Shown here piece after piece: positions 1 to 6,779 of a stretch of DNA of 14,611 nt (its first letter is position 1; every line of letters starts with the position of its first letter). Origin of the DNA: Candidatus Sumerlaeaceae bacterium (lineage in GTDB: Bacteria; Sumerlaeota; Sumerlaeia; Sumerlaeales; Sumerlaeaceae). Where the stretch lies: contig JBPCLP010000014.1 of NCBI GenBank assembly GCA_051003195.1, positions 1 to 14,611 on the forward strand, given 5' to 3'. The position numbers were made by a program, and so were the translations under genes. The notes under the pieces were generated by a model. That model saw nothing but the letters and a program-made list of their open reading frames with translations. It did not search any database and was not told the origin of the DNA.

Positions 1-104
1 TTTGACCCAAACCACACACCGAAAACTGTGGAAAAAGGCTGTGGGAAAAATCGCGACTATGCACTGGCTGCATAGCATGCCACGCTCGAATAAAAAACCA
101 CGCC

Positions 105-178
105 ATCTCCAAAAGCGCTGCGCGCTATGGTTTCTCGGAATCTCCAAAAGCGCTGCGCGCTATGGTTTCTCGGAATCT
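105..178. repeat. Perfect 35-bp tandem duplication (2 copies plus 4 nt) containing truncated REP-type repeats and the RAYT stop codon
   Basis: ATCTCCAAAAGCGCTGCGCGCTATGGTTTCTCGGA at 105-139 and 140-174, then ATCT at 175-178. The RAYT TAG stop (160-162) lies inside the second copy. Confidence 0.95.
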
Positions 179-744
179 GTCGAGGCGACCTCGAACTCGT
201 CGTAGACGTTCACCCGGTCGATTTTGTACGAAAGCACCGATTTGCAAAAACCCGACGGCGCGTGTGTCTTGAACCATCTCATGGAAGACCATTGATAGTT
301 TTCGGCCATTTGAACCAGTCCGTGCTTTACGGGATTGGCCTTCACATAATGTAGACGTGCGTAGTAGCTCCTGGCATACGTCAGTTCCGTCTCCCAGTAC
401 TGATAAAACGACTGCCGGCCGGGCGTGCCATCCAGTTCGTTGAGCCAGTTAGAACCACTGCCATGGAGACGGCAAATCAGCTCCTTAACTGACTTCTTTG
501 CATCTTCACTTTCTGGAGCACGTCCGATAAAGTGATAGTGGTTGGAGAAGATAACCCAGGCATCGAGTTTCCATCGCAGCTCATCAACCAGCCCGAAAAG
601 AAGGTTCTGGAATCCATTCAGGCGTTGCGGTGCGCGCATTAAGTGCTGCTTCAAGTAGGTACTTCCCGTTACGATGTAAGTCGAACCGGGCGTAAACCGA
701 TGGCAGGGCGCATGTGCCCACGGCCGATGTTCAGTCGAGATCAT
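160..744 (-). CDS. rayT: REP-associated tyrosine transposase (RAYT/TnpA-REP), Y1 HUH superfamily
   Basis: 194 aa. N-terminal TYIVTGST, HUH motif AWVIFSNHYH, catalytic Tyr region LHYVKANPVKHGLV and C-terminal YQWSS are hallmarks of RAYT-type Y1 transposases. Flanked by REP-like repeats; no tnpB nearby. Confidence 0.9.
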   Translation of the reverse strand: MISTEHRPWAHAPCHRFTPGSTYIVTGSTYLKQHLMRAPQRLNGFQNLLFGLVDELRWKLDAWVIFSNHYHFIGRAPESEDAKKSVKELICRLHGSGSNWLNELDGTPGRQSFYQYWETELTYARSYYARLHYVKANPVKHGLVQMAENYQWSSMRWFKTHAPSGFCKSVLSYKIDRVNVYDEFEVASTDSEKP

Positions 745-778
745 CCGAACCAGCTATTACCGCGATAAGCGATTGTAA

Positions 779-830
779 AGAAATCATAGCGCGCAGCGCT
801 TTTGGAGTGCGCGTACTTTAGTACCGCTTT
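779..830 (+). repeat. REP-like element (GGAG tetranucleotide followed by an imperfect hairpin), inverted partner of the repeats at 107-135 and 142-170
   Basis: 779-807 AGAAATCATAGCGCGCAGCGCTTTTGGAG matches the reverse complement of 142-170 at 28/29 nt. It continues GGAG(804-807)-TGC-GCGTAC-TTTA-GTAC(C)GC-TTT, a bulged hairpin. Confidence 0.75.
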
Positions 831-866
831 CACCATTCCAGCGCGCGCGTGCCCACAACGCTATAT

Positions 867-880
867 GGATGTGCACATCC
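867..880. promoter_or_regulatory. Perfect 14-bp palindrome upstream of the RAYT; possible operator or hairpin
   Basis: GGATGTGCACATCC is its own reverse complement. It is enclosed by GCGCGTG (845-851) and CACGCGC (881-887). Function not established. Confidence 0.35.
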
Positions 881-971
881 CACGCGCAATTACCGTCGCT
901 GTTCGTGCACTGACAAAAGAGCGCATAATCGCGTTGAGCCTCGCGGGGTAATGGTCGCAGTCCTTTGCCTG

Positions 972-1616
972 CTACCGCTTTCTTCGGATGACAAACCCAC
1001 GCGACTCGCTCCCGTTGGTCGGATCATACGACATAACGCTCACATGACCAGGTAGCATTTCACTATTGCCGGCGAGCGGAAGCAGGCGGTCATGAACCGG
1101 TAGCTCCGGTTCCAATCGATATGCAGCGGGCGGCTGCGATGGCCATCCCAAAGGTCCTGGTGAATACGTGACCCAACTATTAAATGAATTGTAGTACGCA
1201 TAAGTCGCTTGTGGGTCATCTGCGTAAGGGTCGATTGGAAGCCGCTCGACATAAGCAATCGGAGTGGTAATTGTGGAGAATTGCTGCCCTGAGTCACGCA
1301 GCCGAAATGTAACGAGTTGCCGCGACCAGCTTGCGGTGGAACAGCGGTCGTTCACCGTACTGCCAACCGTGTATTTCAGCGAAACAAAACGCTCGGGGTC
1401 GCGAATTAAGTAGTTTGTCGTTGTTGCACGCCCACTGGGCGGATACTGCATGTTATCGACATAGTACGACTCGATTCCGGTCGCAAGAGACCGCATGTCA
1501 GCCTCCGCGCGTGCAAGATCTGCTGCTGTCCGCGCCGATTCAAGCGATGGAGAAACACCCATAGCAACCAGTGCGAGCGCCATGGCAGCGCACACGAGGA
1601 TGAGTGCGCGCCTCAT
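972..1616 (-). CDS. GspG/type IV pilin-like (pseudopilin-like) protein lacking the prepilin N-methylation motif
   Basis: 214 aa. N-terminal hydrophobic helix, then ARAEADMRSLATGIESYYVDNMQYPP, ITTPIAYVERLPIDPY, YSPGP and YDPTNG motifs typical of T2SS-G-like proteins. No G|FTLIE. Start overlaps the upstream stop (ATGA, 1613-1616). Confidence 0.75.
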   Translation of the reverse strand: MRRALILVCAAMALALVAMGVSPSLESARTAADLARAEADMRSLATGIESYYVDNMQYPPSGRATTTNYLIRDPERFVSLKYTVGSTVNDRCSTASWSRQLVTFRLRDSGQQFSTITTPIAYVERLPIDPYADDPQATYAYYNSFNSWVTYSPGPLGWPSQPPAAYRLEPELPVHDRLLPLAGNSEMLPGHVSVMSYDPTNGSESRGFVIRRKR

Positions 1617-2896
1617 GTCGCTGAAGCCCGTCCTGCAGAATTGACAGACTGACCTGGAACACCGCTTACCACCACGCTGTCCACAAGTCCTGATGGACGC
1701 GCAGGATGGATAAGCACAACCTCATCGGTAAAGTACAGTAAAGGCGTTGCAACGCCAACATATCCCTCCGGACCAACTGCAAACCGAAGGCCTTCCAGGA
1801 TCTGCGTCGGGTCCAAAGAAGACTCGCCCAGCTGATGCAGGAGAGCCTCGATTCGTTTGCGAACCCGGTCGGCCGGACCACCGAGAGGCTCCGCCACCGG
1901 GCGTTCCGTGGCGGCGGCGGCAAGCTGTACGTTTCGTTCCCGAATTCCGGACTCCGAAAATCCGATTTGCAGCATTGGGTCCATAACTGGACGCCACTGA
2001 GATCGCCGAGTATCGGTCGAAGTTGATTGGACCTCCAGCAGTCCGTGCCATCGTTTCCAGCCGGTGGGGCTGCAATTCAACAGTACCTGCAGAAGATACG
2101 CGCGGAAACTGTCGAAATCCAACAACCAGGAGTGATCCAGGCAATCGACTGCTGCAAGCGCCGCATAGCTGAACGGAAAACTTGCCTCCATGGAGAAGAC
2201 ACGATGCAGACCTTCAGCGGCGAACGGCTCCCGCGAGTCGACTGCGAACTCGGCATCGGAATCTTTATACACCATGTAATACGATTGGATGCGCCGTATC
2301 GGGCCGAGCAGCAGGAGCCATGTAAGTTTGTCCGGCGGCTCCGACCCGGGCAACTGGTTGGCAAGCATCTGCGCTTCAGGTTTGCGTGCTGGATCACCTA
2401 CAGAAAATGTGCTCCAGTAACTATTGTGCAGCATCACCATGTTGGCACTTTGCCGCACCGTCTCAGCCTGCTCCAGGATACGATCCCGAAGCGTCGCAAT
2501 TTTATCGCCCTCGGTGTTCGTTCGGGCAACCACACCAAGTTCGGCGGCGAGTTTCAGGAGCTCACGCTCGCCGTTTTCCCAGCGCCATAGGTACTCAAGA
2601 TAGTGATGCGAGAAATGGACTTCATGTGCCGCGCACGAGAAACCGGGAATTGCATTCGGATCAAATGGCAGAGGGACAGCCGGATGGCGCAGGTTCAGCC
2701 CAAGCAGTTTATCGCGTGCGGGCCCGGGGCCGGCAGCTGCAGCCTTTTGCAGGGCTGCTTTGCCAGCGTCGAAATCTTTTGATCGCGCAAAGGGAAGACC
2801 GATGACACCCAGCGCACTCGCAGCTACCGCCTGCAGCCACGTACGTCGGCAACAGGTTCGTTCTGAAATCGGCGAACTGCCAGCTCGTTCCATCAT
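1613..2896 (-). CDS. Tat-exported divergent Fe/Mn superoxide dismutase-fold protein with a C-terminal extension
   Basis: 427 aa. Twin-arginine signal CRRTWLQ plus hydrophobic stretch. PLPFDPNAIPGFS..EVHFSHHYLEY (H94, H98, Y102), MLHNSYW (H157, W161) and AVDCLDHSWLLDF (D251, H255) align by eye with the Fe/Mn-SOD motifs HxxKHHxxY, NHxxYW and DxWEHAYYxDY. Confidence 0.7.
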   Translation of the reverse strand: MMERAGSSPISERTCCRRTWLQAVAASALGVIGLPFARSKDFDAGKAALQKAAAAGPGPARDKLLGLNLRHPAVPLPFDPNAIPGFSCAAHEVHFSHHYLEYLWRWENGERELLKLAAELGVVARTNTEGDKIATLRDRILEQAETVRQSANMVMLHNSYWSTFSVGDPARKPEAQMLANQLPGSEPPDKLTWLLLLGPIRRIQSYYMVYKDSDAEFAVDSREPFAAEGLHRVFSMEASFPFSYAALAAVDCLDHSWLLDFDSFRAYLLQVLLNCSPTGWKRWHGLLEVQSTSTDTRRSQWRPVMDPMLQIGFSESGIRERNVQLAAAATERPVAEPLGGPADRVRKRIEALLHQLGESSLDPTQILEGLRFAVGPEGYVGVATPLLYFTDEVVLIHPARPSGLVDSVVVSGVPGQSVNSAGRASAT

Positions 2897-3000
2897 AAAC
2901 TGGGGTAGTTGCTGTTTTCAGGAAAGCAAGGAGTTAGCCCGGAAGTTCCAGGACGGGATCATGGTCCGATTGAACTACGACCGCAGGTCTGCGTTTGGCG

Positions 3001-3306
3001 TCAGCCAATGCTGACTCCGAGTACTGTCACGATCATAAGCAGCAACATAAGCATTGCTTCAGTAACAAAGACACGCGTGCGCCACGTCGGCGACAACAAT
3101 GCAGCGAAAAGCACATTGGCGAACACACCGATACAGATCCCAAGAAGCATCGCTCCCAAGCTGGAATTGTTTAGGCGTTCGTGGTCGACCGGGACAGGGC
3201 CGAGCCCAGCCATTGCGTACAGACAGAATATACCGAAGAAGGCGCCAAGGAAGAATCCGAAAGTCGGAACAATCAACACATAGGCGAATGTTTGTCGGGC
3301 GGACAT
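3001..3306 (-). CDS. Hypothetical small integral membrane protein (about 3 TM helices)
   Basis: 101 aa with three hydrophobic segments. Fills an otherwise empty interval. No family recognised. Confidence 0.55.
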   Translation of the reverse strand: MSARQTFAYVLIVPTFGFFLGAFFGIFCLYAMAGLGPVPVDHERLNNSSLGAMLLGICIGVFANVLFAALLSPTWRTRVFVTEAMLMLLLMIVTVLGVSIG

Positions 3307-3513
3307 ATTTCAAAGGTACCTGCCTTCAAGGCTGCGCAATCACTTCGCGAATAAAGAGATGTCCGGAGACCCTCGGTCACAGGTCAGGCATTAGCTAAGA
3401 ATTACACATAACATTTCGTGCCCGGCCGAATCTGCATGGCTCGGTGCACCATCTGCACCATGATGCGCAAATCCATTTGCCACCGCTGAGCGCGACTCTC
3501 CACCATCGCCGAC

Positions 3514-4044
3514 ATGTTACTTCGCTGCACCGCATCGCTCCTGAAACTCCTGGGCTATAAGCCCGGGCGTGACGGCGCGCACTACGAGCCGACGGGTCCC
3601 CTGGAGGAGTGGTACGCCAATCTTCTGTGGCTCGAACGCCGCAAGTGCATCCTTTTCACCAACGCACAAACCCTGTACAGCTGCGTTGCGCTCGACGTCC
3701 GCAAGGCTCAGCTCGCCAACCTGCTCCAGTTCTTCGGCGCCACTCTCGCCCCCGTTATGCTCGCCGACGGCTTCACGCGCGACCAGGTACGGCAGGTCCT
3801 GCACAGTCTTGGTGATCTTCATCTCGATCGCACGGCCAGCCGCAGCATCCTGGGCTGCATGAATGACTTCACCCGCGCCATACAATATCGAGTGGACGAC
3901 TTAGGTTTGCAATACTCGGACGCCGTTGAACTGGGCGTGCGCTGCAACGATACGCCAATCGGCGGACCCAACTACAAGTGGCCCGCCCGCGAACTCCGCG
4001 CATTACTGGCGAACCAGCGCACCTCGGTGACGCCGGAGTCCTGA
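3514..4044 (+). CDS. DUF6933-like uncharacterised protein
   Basis: 176 aa. MLLRCTASLLK.., LEEWYANLLWLERRKCILFTNAQTLYS, RTASRSILGCMNDF and NDTP..YKWP match my recollection of the DUF6933 motif pattern. Strong GC3 codon bias. Confidence 0.7.
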   Translation: MLLRCTASLLKLLGYKPGRDGAHYEPTGPLEEWYANLLWLERRKCILFTNAQTLYSCVALDVRKAQLANLLQFFGATLAPVMLADGFTRDQVRQVLHSLGDLHLDRTASRSILGCMNDFTRAIQYRVDDLGLQYSDAVELGVRCNDTPIGGPNYKWPARELRALLANQRTSVTPES

Positions 4045-4096
4045 GTCCAGGCACCGCGTGTCCGATCCACATGTTCTCTCAGGCCGGTGGTCGACG

Positions 4097-4175
4097 GATA
4101 TGCGTTACGAGTCTCAGAATAAACGCGTACAGGTAAGCACAATAAACGCGTTTTTGGTGCAAAGAATATACGCGT
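4097..4175. repeat. Array of 3-4 short direct repeats (AATAWACGCGT) spaced 23-24 bp
   Basis: AATAAACGCGT at 4118-4128 and 4141-4151, AATATACGCGT at 4165-4175, and a degenerate GATATGCGT at 4097-4105. Confidence 0.65.
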
Positions 4176-4217
4176 ATTGGTACGCATAGTCGGTTTTTCA
4201 ACAGCCCTACAGCTTCG

Positions 4218-5753
4218 TCAGAAATTCGCCCACGGGCTGGTAGTGCTCGACGGATCAGCGACTGGCCCCACCTTATTGCCTCCGACTGCATAATTGTTCG
4301 TACTATGACCCGAAACAAAGTTTCGAGTCACAGCGTTTAAGACAAACGGAAGACTGGTCAGGATGCCAAATTGACCATTGTTCATCACCGAGTTCTCTTC
4401 AATGCGGTTTAAATCGCCATTGATGTAAATGCCAGGCCCGATGTTCTGCGATACTACATTGGACCGTACCAGGCCGCGCTGGTTCAGTGCAATTCCATGC
4501 GAGGTATTGGTGTCGATGATACAGTGAAGCACCGTGCATTTAGAACTGGCCAGGATGCCACCAAACAGATTCTGACGGACTGTACACTTTTCGATGATAA
4601 CGCTATCGGCAACTCGAATGCCGACCTGGTGGTTGTCCGATACCGAGCAATCGGTTACTACCGTTGCATTCGAAACATCGATGCCATCCACCGTGTTGTC
4701 CTCTGCAACGCAACAGACGATTGTCGACTTTTCGCCAAGGTTAAAACCGTCGAGAGAATTGAACCGGCTGTTACAGTCGCGAATCGAAGCCCCGGTGCCC
4801 GTTTCAATTCCGTTTCCGGAATTTGTTCCTGCGTGGCACGTGGACACGTTTCCGCCATTGCCCGTATGAATTCCGGCGAAAGCCCCTGCAGTCCCGTTAT
4901 CAGCAGCTACGCATTCGGTAATAATGCCGCTGCCACCAAATGAGATTCCAGATTTTCCGTTGGTCCGCGCGGAACATTGATGGGCAATGTTATCGTCATC
5001 ACAGAAGAGCCCATGACCGGTATTGCTGACAAGTCGCAGGTTATAAAACTGGCAATTGTCCGACGTGGTAGCATCAATTCCGTCGCCGGGCCAGGATCGA
5101 ACCGTTCCGTTCTTTATGACAATGTTGGTTCGAGTTCCCGAGAATAGAATTCCATCCGTCGCCCCTGCTATGCCAACCAGCGAGTAACCGTTAAGATCTA
5201 ACGTCACGTTGTCCGCGGTGATTGTGATTTTGTCGCTCGCACTTACGGCGGTAAGATTCTGTGTAAAATAATACGAACCGGATTGCGAAATGGTAATCGG
5301 CAGAGCGGTCACAAGTGGCTGGCGAGCGTCGCCGTCTGCCGAGTTGATTGCGTAGGGCACGGAGTCCAGGCGAGTGCGCGGGAGCACGTAATTATCCAGG
5401 GCGTCCACTGCCACCATAAGGAACACGTCACTATTCGTGCGAAACATATTCGCATTCAGTGGCCCACCGAAAAAATTGACTCCCGTGCCCACGGAATGAT
5501 TGAGGATTCCGTCCGTCAGATTCACCGAGACTGATTCCTGGAAAACCTTGGTTCCGGATTCGGCTACCCCAGCCGTACCGCCCTGATAAATGTAGAAAAA
5601 GATGACATGAGAGCCGGTTAACGGCCCGCCATTTTCAGTGAGTTTGGCCTGGTAATGAAACCGGGGAGGCTGCGCAGCGTGCGAGGCAGACGCCACAAAC
5701 GCTGCTACAGCAATGGCCGCACAATAGAATGAACACCTATGGATATTTCTCAC
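4218..5753 (-). CDS. Secreted right-handed parallel beta-helix repeat protein with an N-terminal YQxxL...SVPYA module
   Basis: Probable GTG start at 5753 behind GGGGAGG (the ORF track starts at 5810). Signal peptide ending ASHA. FHYQAKL..RTRLDSVPYA module, then LPITISQSGSYY, VTLDLNGYSL and many PbH1-type CxxxxNxxxGI repeats. Ends PWANF. Confidence 0.85.
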   Translation of the reverse strand: MRNIHRCSFYCAAIAVAAFVASASHAAQPPRFHYQAKLTENGGPLTGSHVIFFYIYQGGTAGVAESGTKVFQESVSVNLTDGILNHSVGTGVNFFGGPLNANMFRTNSDVFLMVAVDALDNYVLPRTRLDSVPYAINSADGDARQPLVTALPITISQSGSYYFTQNLTAVSASDKITITADNVTLDLNGYSLVGIAGATDGILFSGTRTNIVIKNGTVRSWPGDGIDATTSDNCQFYNLRLVSNTGHGLFCDDDNIAHQCSARTNGKSGISFGGSGIITECVAADNGTAGAFAGIHTGNGGNVSTCHAGTNSGNGIETGTGASIRDCNSRFNSLDGFNLGEKSTIVCCVAEDNTVDGIDVSNATVVTDCSVSDNHQVGIRVADSVIIEKCTVRQNLFGGILASSKCTVLHCIIDTNTSHGIALNQRGLVRSNVVSQNIGPGIYINGDLNRIEENSVMNNGQFGILTSLPFVLNAVTRNFVSGHSTNNYAVGGNKVGPVADPSSTTSPWANF

Positions 5754-6029
5754 TTCGTTTCCTCCCCGACCCGACATTTGTGCAATCTCAAGCCTTAGAC
5801 CCAAAGACACGCGGAAAGCAGCGAAAGGTCAACTGCTTTCCATGCTTGCAATCATCGGCGCGCTTTCGCCTGAGGCTGCCTGCTTCCTGCGGCGAAACAG
5901 ATCTCTCTGCTCGATCGGACAAACCAGGCTGATCTTGAGCTGTTCGATGACGTCTTTACCTGAGGGGACAGCCGCCCACGTCACCGTAACTCCCAGGCCG
6001 GGAATCATCCTATTGAAGCCCGAACCACT

Positions 6030-6476
6030 TCAACGCGTTCGTGCCCCTATCCGGTAGCTGTAGGCCACCGTAGTCACGACGTCGCTTGAATCGTAGTTCA
6101 CCGCCGCCATGATGTTGTGCCAACGGCTTCGATATTGATGAAGGTGACACAGCGATATGACATCCCGGTACATCCCATGCAAGATCGGCTCGCGGACCCT
6201 GATAACAGCATCAAAATGACCGGGCTTGGATTTCGGGAGCGTGCTTTTGAAGGTCGTAAATCCCGCCACGCGTAATCGCTTGTCTGCCTCAGGCCAATTG
6301 TCGCCGACATTCAATGCCTGCGCGACCCGTTCGCCTAACCGCTCCTGGTTTCGATAGATCGGGTACAAGTCGTAAAGCACGAACGCGACCGCTATCAGCA
6401 CCAGCACGATGGTGGCAAAGAGGTACGGACGCCGCACGGGCCAGGTCGATACGAGGAGCTCGAGCCAAGATCTCAC
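6030..6476 (-). CDS. Hypothetical single-pass membrane protein
   Basis: 148 aa from a GTG start. One strong TM segment (YLFATIVLVLIAVAFVLY) followed by a small soluble domain. No family recognised. Confidence 0.5.
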   Translation of the reverse strand: MRSWLELLVSTWPVRRPYLFATIVLVLIAVAFVLYDLYPIYRNQERLGERVAQALNVGDNWPEADKRLRVAGFTTFKSTLPKSKPGHFDAVIRVREPILHGMYRDVISLCHLHQYRSRWHNIMAAVNYDSSDVVTTVAYSYRIGARTR

Positions 6477-6779
6477 CGCGCGATCCTGGCTGCAACGGCC
6501 GGTTATGCAATAAAAGAGCGGAGCGACTTCAATTTAGTCCGCAATTTTCCCCGTCCCGAATTATCCGTTAGTTGCTAGGTGGGCTGTCGCTGTACTCCAC
6601 AGCGCTACCGGGATTATATAATTTGCGCTTCCAATTAAATGGTTGTTGCATTTCCATTTCTCGCGGGGTTCTTCTCCTCTAATTCTCTAAAGGGGTGTGG
6701 TCAGGAGGCTCCCCGAAAAACTGCACGCCTCGTCACTTCAGTCGCATTTAATTCTAATTGCAGCAGAAAGGTCCATCTC

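Noticed and set aside
27..50. TGTGGAAAA and TGTGGGAAA resemble DnaA boxes; GGCTGTGGGAAAAA also resembles an inverted partner of the IS-end-like sequence at 4194-4207
   Set aside because: Only two short matches at the window edge, with no origin context. The 4-kb pairing is imperfect and has no target duplication or matching transposase.
57..75. 7-bp hairpin CTATGCA/TGCATAG as a RAYT terminator
   Set aside because: Weak stem with the T-run several bases away; not a convincing intrinsic terminator.
3401..3428. ATTACACATAA resembles the XerD arm of dif, or an attC GTTATGT core on the minus strand
   Set aside because: No XerC-like arm across the spacer, no complementary attC inverse core, and no integrase in the window.
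5829..6008. 59-aa minus-strand ORF (MIPGLGVTVTW...) between the membrane protein and beta-helix genes
   Set aside because: Short, no recognisable motif and no clear RBS; cannot be supported as a gene.
6639..6779. Upstream in-frame extension of paralog A given by the ORF track (likewise 7746-7796 for paralog B)
   Set aside because: Downstream ATGs have good RBSs and put the signal peptides at the N-terminus, giving matching lengths for both paralogs.
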